From an uncultured Albidiferax sp. (GTDB lineage Bacteria > Pseudomonadota > Gammaproteobacteria > Burkholderiales > Burkholderiaceae_C), in NCBI GenBank assembly GCA_963512605.1, contig CAUPNG010000024.1, positions 9,849 to 73,848 of the forward strand: a DNA stretch of 64,000 nt, written 5' to 3'. The translations under genes were made by a program, and so were the position numbers. Positions 37,184 to 46,684 of the stretch are shown one piece after another (positions within the stretch are counted from its first letter, which is position 1; the number at the start of each line of letters is the position of its first letter). The notes under the pieces are model-generated. The model searched no databases, was not told where the DNA came from, and saw nothing but the letters and a program-made list of their open reading frames with translations.

Positions 37184-38500
37184 TCAATTGCGGCTGGAGC
37201 GGTTCACCAGAATAGCAATACCAGCCAACACCGCTGGCACGGCCAACGCCGAGAAGATGCCTTCAAACCCCCAGCCCAGGCTCAGCAGCACGCCGCCGAT
37301 CGACGAACCCAGGATGCTTCCCAGGCGGCCAATGCCCAGCATCCAGCTCACGCCGGTGGCCCGGGCAATGGTGGGGTAACAGCCGGGGGCAAAGCCGTTC
37401 AGGCCGGTCTGCGCGCCGCTCAGGAAGAAGCCGACCATCACCACCATCAGCACGATGGAGGCCGACATCAAACCGTTCAGGCCCATGGCCACCAGGGCCA
37501 CGGCACCCAGCAGGTAGGCGGCGGCGATGACCCGGTTGGGCGATGTCTTGTCCATCAGCCAGCCCACGCACAGCGCGCCCACCGTGCCGCCCAACTGGAA
37601 CATGGCGGTGACGTTGGCGGCCCGGTCGATGGACATGCCCGCGTCTTTCATCATGGTGGGCAGCCAGCTGGTGGTCAGGTAGATGACCAGCAGGCCCATG
37701 AAGTATGTGGTCCACAGGGTGATGGTTTTCAACGCATAGCCCGACTGGAACAGCACGGCGATCGGCTGGCGCGTCTTGACTTCGGCTTCGCCCGAGACAA
37801 AGGCTTTCACGTGGTCCAGCGGCGTGCGGCACACCCGCGCCAGCACCTTGCGGATGGGGTCGGCGGGGTAGTTGCGGGCCACCATGAAGCGGGCCGATTC
37901 GGGCAGAAAGAAAAACAGCACCGGCAGCAACACCAGCGGCAGCAGCCCGCCGACGATCAGCACCGATTGCCAGCCCTGCACCGGAATCAGGGCTGCCGCC
38001 AGGAAGCCCACCATGGCCGAGCCCAGGTTGAAGCCGGTGAACATGGTGGCCACCAGAAAGGCCCGCCGCCGCTCGGGCACGTACTCGGACAGAAGCGTGG
38101 TGGTGTTGGGCATGGCCGCGCCCAGACCCAGCCCGGTCAGAAAGCGCAGCAGGGCCATTTCGGTGGTGTTGTGGGTGTAGGCCGTGAGCAGGGTGCAGAT
38201 GCCAAAACCCAGTACCGATGCCAGCAGCACCTTGCGGCGGCCCCACCAGTCGGAAGACGAGCCCGCCACCAGCGCGCCCACGGCCAAGCCGATGGGCGCG
38301 GCCCCCATCACCAGGCCGAATGCGGGTCGCGAGATGTTCCATTCGGCAATGATGGACGGGGCGATGAAACCCATGATGGCGACATCCATGCCGTCCACCG
38401 CCACGATAAAAAAGCACAGCAGCACCAGCATCCACTGCGGGGTGGAGAGTGCGCGCGTGTTGATGAAATCCCGGATGTCCAGGGTAGAAACCGATGCCAT
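37184..38500 (-). CDS. MFS transporter, aromatic acid:H+ symporter type (PcaK/GalT-like)
   Basis: 12-TM MFS ORF (...LLCFFIVAVDGMDVAIMGFIAPSII...GSSSDWWGRRKVL...). Start trimmed to ATG 38500 (RBS GGAG). Confidence 0.8.
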   Translation of the reverse strand: MASVSTLDIRDFINTRALSTPQWMLVLLCFFIVAVDGMDVAIMGFIAPSIIAEWNISRPAFGLVMGAAPIGLAVGALVAGSSSDWWGRRKVLLASVLGFGICTLLTAYTHNTTEMALLRFLTGLGLGAAMPNTTTLLSEYVPERRRAFLVATMFTGFNLGSAMVGFLAAALIPVQGWQSVLIVGGLLPLVLLPVLFFFLPESARFMVARNYPADPIRKVLARVCRTPLDHVKAFVSGEAEVKTRQPIAVLFQSGYALKTITLWTTYFMGLLVIYLTTSWLPTMMKDAGMSIDRAANVTAMFQLGGTVGALCVGWLMDKTSPNRVIAAAYLLGAVALVAMGLNGLMSASIVLMVVMVGFFLSGAQTGLNGFAPGCYPTIARATGVSWMLGIGRLGSILGSSIGGVLLSLGWGFEGIFSALAVPAVLAGIAILVNRSSRN

Positions 38501-38665
38501 AGAGTCTCCGTTTTGTAGTGGTGATCGAGGGGGGAGTCCGGACCATGCCCCCCAAAGCCGCGAATTATGGGGACGGCATGCGATGCCTAAAAGATCCCAG
38601 GATTCGACTCGCGATAACCTTTGGGTATCGGTATATTGGCCAGCAGACATAGACCGGAAACGCCC

Positions 38666-39565
38666 ATGAAATTGACCACCCTGAACGTGCTGGTAGCCGC
38701 CATTGAAGAGGGCAGCCTGCGCGGCGCGGCCCGCCGGGTGGCGGCTTCGCAGCCCGCTATCACCAAAATGATCCGCGAACTGGAGCTGGAGCTGGCCGCG
38801 CCCTTGCTGCTGCGCACGTCACGCGGCGTGGTGCCCACACCCCAGGGCAAGGTGCTGTACGAGCGCGCCGTCAAGGTAGAGCGCGAGCTGACTGCCGCAG
38901 TGGACGAGATCAACCAGATCGGTGGCCGCATGGTGGGCCAGTTGCACGTGGGCGCGGTGCCCCTGGCGGTGATGCTGCTGATCCCCGAAACCCTGCGCAC
39001 CTTCGGCCAGGAATTCCCCGAGGTCAGGCTGCGGGTGAGTGAAGAGCTGTATGTGGCGCAGCTGCAAAAACTGCGCTCGGGTGAGGTGGATGTGACCGTG
39101 GGCGGCATCCCCGACGACCTGTCCACCGGCGAGTTCTATGTGGAGCCGCTGATGCACACCAGCATGGTGGCCACGGTGTGCAAGGGCAGCCCCTGGCTGA
39201 AGGCGCGCAGGCTGTCCGACCTGCAAACCGCCCGCTGGGTCTACACCGGTACGAGTAGCGATTCGGGCTACGCCAAGCTGTTTTTTGAACTGCACAAACT
39301 CGCCCCGCCCCGCGTGGGCGCGGTGGTGAATTCCACCCTGGCTTTGCTGGCCCTGGTGACCTCGGGCGACTATGTGGCGCTGATGCCGCGCCAGATTGCG
39401 GTGCACCCGGTGGTGGCGCAGTTCATCTCCATCATCGACATCGCAGAAAAAGGCTATCCCCTGCAGGTGGGGGCCATTTTGCGCAGTGACTCGGCCGTGT
39501 CGCCGGTGCTGCGCCATCTGCTCACCCATCTGCACCGGGCCGCGCACCAGATTGGCAAGGTCTAG
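38666..39565 (+). CDS. LysR-family transcriptional regulator
   Basis: MKLTTLNVLVAAIEEGSLRGAARRVAASQPAITKMIRELE... Divergent from the MFS gene. Confidence 0.85.
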   Translation: MKLTTLNVLVAAIEEGSLRGAARRVAASQPAITKMIRELELELAAPLLLRTSRGVVPTPQGKVLYERAVKVERELTAAVDEINQIGGRMVGQLHVGAVPLAVMLLIPETLRTFGQEFPEVRLRVSEELYVAQLQKLRSGEVDVTVGGIPDDLSTGEFYVEPLMHTSMVATVCKGSPWLKARRLSDLQTARWVYTGTSSDSGYAKLFFELHKLAPPRVGAVVNSTLALLALVTSGDYVALMPRQIAVHPVVAQFISIIDIAEKGYPLQVGAILRSDSAVSPVLRHLLTHLHRAAHQIGKV

Positions 39566-39704
39566 CCACCCGCGATCACCAGGCGATAACTAAACGGTAT
39601 CACGCACCACAAATCAACGTCTCCCCAAGTGGCCAGGCGGTTCGCACAATCCGCCCGCAGGCCGCCGCACCGCGGCCTGAACCCACAACCTGGAGGAGAC
39701 TTTC

Positions 39705-41387
39705 ATGACATTCAAACTCACACGCCGCTCGTTGCTTGCGGCGATGCCCGTGGTGGCCACCAGTGCCGGCCTGCTGGCGGGCTGCGGTGGCGGCGACGAT
39801 GCTGCGCCGGTCAGTGCAGAAGACACCGCGCTGAAGTTCGACGCCACGGCCTACACCACCGTCAACGTCACGCTGGACGGGGTGGCGTTGAAGCTGCGCC
39901 AATACCGCCGCGTGTATGTGGCCAAACCCATCAAGATGGCGCTGACGCAGCAAACCTATGGATCGACCACCACCACCACCCTGGCCGACCCGTATGTGTA
40001 CCAGACCATGTTTATTTCGGTGGCCGAAGACCTGGTGGCCGACCAGACCAAGCCGGTCTACGTGGTGGTCAATAACGCCGGGTGGATGACGAGCGCGGTA
40101 TCCACCACCATTACCGAAGCGAAAGCCTTTGTCAGCACCAGCGACACGGATGCGATTGGCGCGGCCCTGAAAGCCGGGTTTGTGGTGGTCAACCTGGGCA
40201 CCCGCAGCCGGGGGGCGCGCGCCGAAGATGGCCGCTGGGCGGGCAAATCCCCGGCCCCGGTGGTGGATACCAAGGCCGCCATCCGCTACCTGCGGCTCAA
40301 CGACAGCCTGCTGCCGGGCGATACCAACCGCATCATCCTCACCGGCACCAGCGGCGGCGGTGGCTTGACATCGGCTGTGGCCGCCAGCGGCAACAGCGCC
40401 GACTTTCTGCCGTTCCTGGCCGACATCGGCGCAGCGGGCATCCAGGGCACGGGCAGCACGGCCACCAGCACCCTCAAGGACGATGTGTTTGCGGCGGTGG
40501 CCTACTGCCCGATCAACAACCTGGGTAACGCCGATGCTGGCTACGAGTGGGAATACAACGCCACCCGCACCGATACCAACACCGGTGCCCTGGGCGGCGT
40601 GGCCTACTCGGCGGGCCCACAGCCCGCCGCGTCCACCGCGATTGCCGGCACGTTTGCGGCCTACCTGAATGGCCTGGGCCTGACCCGCGAAGACGGCTCG
40701 GCACTGACCGCCACCAATATGCGCGACAGCACCCAGGCTTTCCTGAAAAAGGAAATCGAAGCCCAGCTTGCCAAGGGCACAGCCGTGCCTGCGCTGGGGG
40801 CAAACTTCACCATCGGCGGGGCGGCGTATCTGAACGACTGGCTGACCGTTGCGGGCTCCACGGTGGCCAGCATCGACTACCCCAAGTACCTGGCCTTCGT
40901 GACCAAGATCCGCGCGCTCAAAACCGTGGTGGCCTTCGACCCGGTGGGCGTGACCGGCAACCCCAACATCAGCGGGGAATCCACCCTGTTTGGCTCCGAC
41001 TACTACGGCTATTCCAACTTCACCGCCTGGAGCTGGGCCAACAACGCCGTGAAGGGCGATGGCTCAGGCGTGGACGACACCGGCCTGGCCTGGGATGCGG
41101 TGCTGGCCAGCAGCACCAGCAAACTGGCCACCCAGCTCAAGCTGATCAACCCGATTGCCTACCTCAACACCACGGCCGACACCGCACCGTACTGGTATGT
41201 GCGCCACGGCATGATCGACCGCGACACCGCGTTTGCCATGCAGACCCTGCTGTACTACGCGATCAAAAAAGACGCGTCGGTGAAAGAGGTGGACTTCAAG
41301 TACCCCTACCTGGTGCCACACAGCGGCAATTACGACGTGCAGGAGGCCTTTACCTGGATCAAGGCCAAGCTGGCTACTAATCCCTGA
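39705..41387 (+). CDS. tannase (subtype B, TanB-like) lipoprotein
   Basis: Lipobox LLAGCGG. ...VVDTKAAIRYLRLNDSLLPGDTNRIILTGTSGGGGLTSAVAASGNSADF...AVAYCPINNLGNADAGYEWEY... and C-terminal ...VRHGMIDRDTAF...YLVPHSGNYD... closely parallel the Lactobacillus plantarum tannase motifs as recalled from memory. Confidence 0.8.
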   Translation: MTFKLTRRSLLAAMPVVATSAGLLAGCGGGDDAAPVSAEDTALKFDATAYTTVNVTLDGVALKLRQYRRVYVAKPIKMALTQQTYGSTTTTTLADPYVYQTMFISVAEDLVADQTKPVYVVVNNAGWMTSAVSTTITEAKAFVSTSDTDAIGAALKAGFVVVNLGTRSRGARAEDGRWAGKSPAPVVDTKAAIRYLRLNDSLLPGDTNRIILTGTSGGGGLTSAVAASGNSADFLPFLADIGAAGIQGTGSTATSTLKDDVFAAVAYCPINNLGNADAGYEWEYNATRTDTNTGALGGVAYSAGPQPAASTAIAGTFAAYLNGLGLTREDGSALTATNMRDSTQAFLKKEIEAQLAKGTAVPALGANFTIGGAAYLNDWLTVAGSTVASIDYPKYLAFVTKIRALKTVVAFDPVGVTGNPNISGESTLFGSDYYGYSNFTAWSWANNAVKGDGSGVDDTGLAWDAVLASSTSKLATQLKLINPIAYLNTTADTAPYWYVRHGMIDRDTAFAMQTLLYYAIKKDASVKEVDFKYPYLVPHSGNYDVQEAFTWIKAKLATNP

Positions 41388-41427
41388 TCACCCCTGATTC
41401 CCCTTCAAGACTTTCAAAGGACCCTTT

Positions 41428-42723
41428 ATGGCCCGCATCATCGGCGGCGTAGCCGTTTCGCACACCCCCACCATCGGCTTCGCCTTCGACCGCGACAAGC
41501 AGGCCGACCCGGTGTGGGCCCCCATCTTCGCGGCGATGGAGCCGGTCAAGCAGTGGCTGGCGGCGGCCCGGCCGGACGTGGTGGTGGTCACCTACAACGA
41601 CCACGTCACCTCGTTCTTTTTCGACCACTACTCGGCCTTCGCGCTGGGCATTGGCGAGCGTTTTGAAGTGGCCGACGAGGGCGGTGGTGCGCGTGATCTG
41701 CCGGGCATTGAGGGCCACCCGGCGCTGGCCGCCCACATCGGCCAGTCGCTGATGGCCGATGAGTTCGACATGTCGTTCTTTCAAGACAAGCCGCTGGACC
41801 ACGGCTGCTTCTCGCCGCTGTCGGTGCTGTGGGAGCATGCCAATGGCTGGCCGGTGCGCATCGTGCCGCTGCAAATGGGCGTGCTGCAGTTTCCGCTGCC
41901 CAGCGCCCGGCGCTTTTACAAGCTGGGCCAGGGCCTGCGCCGCGCCATCGAGAGCTACCCCGAAGACCTGCGCGTGGTGATCGTGGCCACCGGCGGCCTG
42001 TCGCACCAGGTGCACGGCGAGCGTGCGGGCTTCAACAACACGCCCTGGGACATGCAGTTTCTGGAGCTGTTCGAGAACGACCCCGAGCGCCTGGCCTCGC
42101 TCACCCATGCCGAGCTGGCCACGCTGGGCGGCATGGAAGGTGCGGAGGTGATGATGTGGCTGACCATGCGCGGGGCGCTGTCGTCCCAGGTGCGCAAGCT
42201 GCACCAGGCCTACTATTTGCCGTCCATGACCGGCATTGCGGCGGTGGTTTTTGAAAACCTGGCCGGCCCGGTCATCGCGGGCGAGGTCGAGCGCCACCGC
42301 GCCGCCATGGCCGTGCAAATGGCCGGGGCCGAGCGCCTGCAAGGCAGCTACCCGTTCAACCTGTCGCGCGGCGTGAAGGCGCTGCGGCTGAACCGCTTTT
42401 TGCGCGACATGGCCGAGCCCGCACACCGCCAGCGCTTCCTGGCCGATGGCCCCGCCTACATGCAAGAGAAGGGGCTGACCGCAGAAGAGTGCGAGCTGCT
42501 GGCGCGGCGCGACTGGCGCGGCCTGATCCACTATGGCGCGATCTTCTTCGGCCTGGAAAAGCTGGGCGCGGTGCTGGGCGTGTCCAACCTGCACATCTAC
42601 GCCGCCATGCGCGGCGAGACGCTGGAGGTGTTCCAGCAAACCCGCAACGCGCCGAACGCCTTGTACTCGGTGGCCGGTGGTCGTGCCGCTGCGCCGACCT
42701 GGGATACACCTGCAACACTTTGA
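41428..42723 (+). CDS. galA: gallate dioxygenase (LigB-type extradiol dioxygenase fused to a LigA-like C-terminal domain)
   Basis: MARIIGGVAVSHTPTIGF...VVVTYNDH...DHGCFSPLSVLW... plus a C-terminal LigA-like part (...RDWRGLIHYGAIFFGLEKL...). About 430 aa, as for GalA. Confidence 0.8.
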   Translation: MARIIGGVAVSHTPTIGFAFDRDKQADPVWAPIFAAMEPVKQWLAAARPDVVVVTYNDHVTSFFFDHYSAFALGIGERFEVADEGGGARDLPGIEGHPALAAHIGQSLMADEFDMSFFQDKPLDHGCFSPLSVLWEHANGWPVRIVPLQMGVLQFPLPSARRFYKLGQGLRRAIESYPEDLRVVIVATGGLSHQVHGERAGFNNTPWDMQFLELFENDPERLASLTHAELATLGGMEGAEVMMWLTMRGALSSQVRKLHQAYYLPSMTGIAAVVFENLAGPVIAGEVERHRAAMAVQMAGAERLQGSYPFNLSRGVKALRLNRFLRDMAEPAHRQRFLADGPAYMQEKGLTAEECELLARRDWRGLIHYGAIFFGLEKLGAVLGVSNLHIYAAMRGETLEVFQQTRNAPNALYSVAGGRAAAPTWDTPATL

Positions 42724-42732
42724 GTGCTCTGC

Positions 42733-42784
42733 TTTTTATAGCTGCTTGTGCTTGCGGAACAAGCACGAGAGGTTGATTTTTTTT
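42733..42784 (+). repeat. dispersed 45-50 bp repeat, copy 10 (forward orientation)
   Basis: tttttatagctgcttgtgcttgcggaacaagcacgagaggttgatttttttt. It contains a 10-bp stem, cttgtgcttg/caagcacgag. Confidence 0.85.
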
Positions 42785-42973
42785 AAATCCCCAAACAAAC
42801 CACCGGTGCGCAACTGGAACGCATTGTTACTTTGATACATGCGCAGTACATATGTATACGGCCATACGATGTTTCCCACTTTCTGCAAGCCTGAGGGGCT
42901 ACAAACTGCGGAAGTGCTCAGCGGGTCTGCCTGGGTAAGTCGCCCCTGCATCCGCCCATGGAGGGACACATCG

Positions 42974-44455
42974 ATGGGACTTTTGCAACAACTACTGCGC
43001 ACCAAAGGCATTGAAAAGGACGACCCCGGCCACGGCAGCGGCGGCCTGGACCGCTCGCTGGGTTTGTTCTCGCTGGCCATGATGGGTGTGGGGGCCACCA
43101 TCGGCACCGGCATCTTTTTTGTGATGGCCGAGGCCGTGCCCAAGGCCGGGCCTGCGGTGATGCTGGCGTTTATCCTGGCGGGGATCACCGCAGGCCTGAC
43201 GGCGCTGTGTTATGCCGAACTGTCGTCGTCCATCCCGGCATCGGGCTCGTCGTATTCGTACACCTACGTGGCGCTGGGGGAGCTGGTGGCGTACATCGTG
43301 GCGGCATGTCTGATGCTGGAATACGCGCTGGCGGCCAGTGCCACCTCGATCGGCTGGTCGGGTTACCTGAACAACTTTTTGACCAACTCCATCGGCGTGT
43401 CCATACCCGAGGCCTTGCGCAGCCCCATGCTGGTCAGCGGCCCGCAGGGGCTGGAGATCCACGCCGGGCACATCAACCTGCCGCCCATCATTCTGGTGGT
43501 CTTGTGCTGCTTTCTGCTGCTGCGGGGCACCAAAGAGTCGGCCACGGCCAACGCGGTGATGGTGATCACCAAGCTGGCGGTGCTGCTGTTTTTTTGCGTC
43601 GTCGCCTACTCGGGCTACAACAGCGCGAACTTCACCCCGTTTTTTAACGACAGCGGCTGGCACGGCGTGACGGCAGCGGCGGGTACGGTGTTTTTCTCGT
43701 TCGTGGGGCTGGACACCGTGGCCACGGCGGGCGGCGAGGTCAAAAACCCCCGGCGCAACGTGCCGCTGGGCATTTTGCTGTCGCTGGTGGTGGTGACCAT
43801 TGGTTACCTGGCCGTGGCCTTTACCGCGCTGGGGGCGCAGCCTGCGGCGCAGTTCAAAGACCAGGAGGCGGGTTTGTCGGTCATCCTGCAGCAGGTCACG
43901 GGCACAACCTGGCCGTCCATCGTGCTGGCCGCCGGGGCAGTGATTTCGGTGTTCAGCGTCACGCTGGTCACCATCTACGGCCAGACGCGCATTCTGTTTG
44001 CCGTGAGCCGCGACGGTCTGATTCCGCAGACCTTCCAGCAGGTCAGCCACCGCACCCTGGCCCCGGTGAACAACACCGTCATCGTCTGCATTCTGGTGGG
44101 CCTGGTGGGGGGCTTTGTGGACTCCACCTACCTGTGGGACATGGTCAGCATGGGCACGCTGGTGGCGTTTATTGCGGTGTCGGCCAGCGTGCCGGTGCTG
44201 CGCGCCAAGGGCCTGGACGACCCCCAGGGTAACTTTCGTGTGCCGTTTGGCCCGTACCTGATTCCTGGCCTGAGCATTGCGGCCTGCCTGTACATCATCC
44301 GTGACCTGTCGGCCACCACGTTCACCGTGTTTTTCATCTGGATCGCGGTGGCACTGGTGGGCTACTTTGCCTACGGCATACGCCATTCCAAACTGCGCGG
44401 TAGAGAGGCCCCGCAGGCCGAAGGCCGCTCCAACTTGCGCGGAGGCCGCCCATGA
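42974..44455 (+). CDS. APC-superfamily amino acid permease
   Basis: ...LGLFSLAMMGVGATIGTGIFFVMAEAVPKAGPAV... Start trimmed to ATG 42974 behind GGAGGGA. Confidence 0.85.
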   Translation: MGLLQQLLRTKGIEKDDPGHGSGGLDRSLGLFSLAMMGVGATIGTGIFFVMAEAVPKAGPAVMLAFILAGITAGLTALCYAELSSSIPASGSSYSYTYVALGELVAYIVAACLMLEYALAASATSIGWSGYLNNFLTNSIGVSIPEALRSPMLVSGPQGLEIHAGHINLPPIILVVLCCFLLLRGTKESATANAVMVITKLAVLLFFCVVAYSGYNSANFTPFFNDSGWHGVTAAAGTVFFSFVGLDTVATAGGEVKNPRRNVPLGILLSLVVVTIGYLAVAFTALGAQPAAQFKDQEAGLSVILQQVTGTTWPSIVLAAGAVISVFSVTLVTIYGQTRILFAVSRDGLIPQTFQQVSHRTLAPVNNTVIVCILVGLVGGFVDSTYLWDMVSMGTLVAFIAVSASVPVLRAKGLDDPQGNFRVPFGPYLIPGLSIAACLYIIRDLSATTFTVFFIWIAVALVGYFAYGIRHSKLRGREAPQAEGRSNLRGGRP

Positions 44456-45333
44456 AGACGCTGGTAGTGGGCTTTACCCCCGACCCGCGTGGCGAAGAGG
44501 CGCTGGTGCTGGCCAAAACCCTGGCGGGCGCGGGGGACACCGCCATTCTGGTCTGCGTGGTCACCCCCGAAGTCTGGGGTTACCCGTCGCTGGCCAATGT
44601 CGACCAGGAGTACGGTCGTTTCCTGGGTGAGTACGCCACTGCGGCCATGGCCCAGGCGCGGGCCGCGCTGGGCGATATTCCCCACCTGCGTTTTGAGCGG
44701 GTAAGTGCCCGCTCGGCCACGGTGGGGTTGACCCAGCTGGCCGAGCGCGAGCAGGCCCACATGGTGGTGCTGGGCTCGGCCCGCAGTGGCAGCACCATCG
44801 GCCGGGCCGCGCTGGGCGGGGTGAGCGAGGAAATCCTGCACCTGGCCAGCGTGCCGGTGGCCATCGCCCCCAGCCACTACACCGGGGCCGCCCGCCCCAG
44901 CCGTATCACGGTGGCCTATTCGGGCGGCGACGCGGCCCGCAGCACCGTGCTGCATGCGCTGGGCCTGGCGGGGGCTTTGGGCGTGCCCTTGCGGCTGGTG
45001 AGTTTTGCGGTGCGCGACCGGCAAATGTTCCCGCCGCTGGCAGGCGGTGGGGCCGAAGATGTGGTGGTGGCCGGTTGGGCCGAGCAGGCCCAGGCCGGGC
45101 TGGACATGGTGCGCGGGCAAATTGCCGTCACTGGCTACCCGGTGCACACCGAGGTCAGCGTTGGACCCGACTGGGACGCGGCCATGGCGGGGCTGGAGTG
45201 GCTGGACGGCGAACTGCTGCTGCTGGGCTCCAGCCGCCTGGGGCCGCTGCAGCGGGTGTTTCTGGGCTCCAATGCGGCCAAAATTCTGCGCGCCGCCCCG
45301 GTGCCCGTGGTGGTGCTGCCGCGCCAGAGCTGA
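44452..45333 (+). CDS. universal stress protein (tandem Usp domains)
   Basis: Two Usp-like halves (...HMVVLGSARSG...; ...LLLLGSSRLGPLQRVFLGSNAAKILRAAPVPVVVLP...). ATGA overlap with the permease. Confidence 0.75.
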   Translation: MKTLVVGFTPDPRGEEALVLAKTLAGAGDTAILVCVVTPEVWGYPSLANVDQEYGRFLGEYATAAMAQARAALGDIPHLRFERVSARSATVGLTQLAEREQAHMVVLGSARSGSTIGRAALGGVSEEILHLASVPVAIAPSHYTGAARPSRITVAYSGGDAARSTVLHALGLAGALGVPLRLVSFAVRDRQMFPPLAGGGAEDVVVAGWAEQAQAGLDMVRGQIAVTGYPVHTEVSVGPDWDAAMAGLEWLDGELLLLGSSRLGPLQRVFLGSNAAKILRAAPVPVVVLPRQS

Positions 45334-45349
45334 GCATAATCTGCAGGCT

Positions 45350-46072
45350 ATGCGCATTGCAGTGCTCTCTGATATCCATGGCAACCTGGCGGCCTTGCAG
45401 GCGGTGGTGGCCGACTTCACACGCCGTGGTGTTGACGCGGTGGTCAACCTGGGTGACAGCCTGTCCGGCCCGTTGTTGCCGCGCGAAACCGCGCAGTACC
45501 TGATGGCCCAGGACTGGGTGCACCTGGCGGGCAACCACGAACGCCAGGTTCTGGATTTGGGCCCGCACGCCAGCTTCTCAGACCGCTATGCCCGTTCGCA
45601 ACTAGGCCCCTTGGAGCTGGCGTGGATGTCCGGCCTGCAACACACCCAGCCCTACCACGCACACGTGCTTTTGTGCCACGGCGCGCCGGAGCAGGACAAC
45701 CTGGCCCTGCTGGAGAGTGCAGACCGTCCCGCCACGCCGCAAGAGATCGAGAGCCGCCTGGGCGGCCAGCATGCAGAGCTCATCCTGTGCGGCCACTCCC
45801 ATGTGGCCCGTAGTGCGCGCTCGGCGGGCGGTGGCCTCATCGTCAACCCGGGCAGTGTGGGTTTGCAGGCCTATGGCACCGACCATCCCCGCCCCCACGT
45901 GATCGCGTCCGGATCGCCCGATGCGCGTTATGCCATCGTCGAGCGAAGCCCCTCGGGCTGGGCGGCAGAGATGCTGACCGTGCCCTATGCCCACCCGCAA
46001 ATGGCCGCACTGGCGCGCCTGCGCCAGTGCCCCGACTGGGAGTACGCGTTGTTGACCGGAACGATGCCATGA
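45350..46072 (+). CDS. metallophosphoesterase (YfcE/MJ0936-like)
   Basis: MRIAVLSDIHGN, NLGDS, GNHE and CGHSH motifs. Confidence 0.85.
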   Translation: MRIAVLSDIHGNLAALQAVVADFTRRGVDAVVNLGDSLSGPLLPRETAQYLMAQDWVHLAGNHERQVLDLGPHASFSDRYARSQLGPLELAWMSGLQHTQPYHAHVLLCHGAPEQDNLALLESADRPATPQEIESRLGGQHAELILCGHSHVARSARSAGGGLIVNPGSVGLQAYGTDHPRPHVIASGSPDARYAIVERSPSGWAAEMLTVPYAHPQMAALARLRQCPDWEYALLTGTMP

Positions 46073-46626
46073 ACTTCTCGGGCGAACCCACCGCACTGGT
46101 GATCATTGATATGCAAAAGGGAATGGCCCAGGCCGGGCCGCGCAACAACCCCCAGGCCGAGTCGCATATCGCGCAACTGCTGGACCATTGGCGCGCCAGC
46201 GCCCAACCGGTTGTGCATGTGCGCCATCTTTCGCGCACACCCGGCTCGCCCTTTTGGCCTGGCCAGGTGGGTGCAGAGTTCCAGGAGCGGTTGGCTCCAC
46301 GAGACTCGGAGCACGTGGTGGACAAGCATGTCACCGATGCATTTGCCCACAGCGGCCTGGAACGTTGGCTCCACCAGCGCGGCATCCGCTGTCTGGCGTT
46401 TGTGGGTGTCAGCACCAATATGTCGGTGGAAGCCAGCGTACGAAGTGCCTCCTGCCTGGGCTTTGCCTGCCAGGTGGTGGCGGACGCATGCTATACCTAT
46501 GACCGCCCCGACCTGGATGGTCAGCCGCGTTCTGCGCAAGACATACACCGCGTGGCATTGGCAAATATGCACGGCGAATATGCCCAAGTGGTGGTGACCG
46601 CCGCGTTGCTGCCGTCGGCCCAATAA
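46069..46626 (+). CDS. isochorismatase/cysteine-hydrolase family protein
   Basis: ...ALVIIDMQKG...FVGVSTNMSVEASVRSA... ATGA overlap with the upstream gene. Confidence 0.75.
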   Translation: MNFSGEPTALVIIDMQKGMAQAGPRNNPQAESHIAQLLDHWRASAQPVVHVRHLSRTPGSPFWPGQVGAEFQERLAPRDSEHVVDKHVTDAFAHSGLERWLHQRGIRCLAFVGVSTNMSVEASVRSASCLGFACQVVADACYTYDRPDLDGQPRSAQDIHRVALANMHGEYAQVVVTAALLPSAQ

Positions 46627-46644
46627 TCCACCAGGCCCATTCAA

Positions 46645-46678
46645 CCCACGCAGGCCCGCAAGAGCGGGCCTGCGTGGG
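46645..46678. terminator. bidirectional hairpin between convergent genes
   Basis: Perfect 15-bp stem cccacgcaggcccgc / gcgggcctgcgtggg with loop aaga, between the 46626 (+) and 46685 (-) gene ends. No clear U-tract. Confidence 0.65.
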
Positions 46679-46684
46679 GCGGGC

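Noticed and set aside
42786-42973. A riboswitch upstream of the amino-acid permease
   Set aside because: I found no match to glycine, lysine or other amino-acid riboswitch cores that I can recall. It is kept only as a low-interest structured-leader observation.
46069-46626. A possible Cys-to-Ser replacement at the nucleophile position of the isochorismatase/cysteine-hydrolase family protein (GVSTNMSVEAS)
   Set aside because: The position was assigned only by memory of the G..T..CV..T motif. Without an alignment I cannot be sure the Ser occupies the catalytic position, and true isochorismatases lack that Cys anyway.
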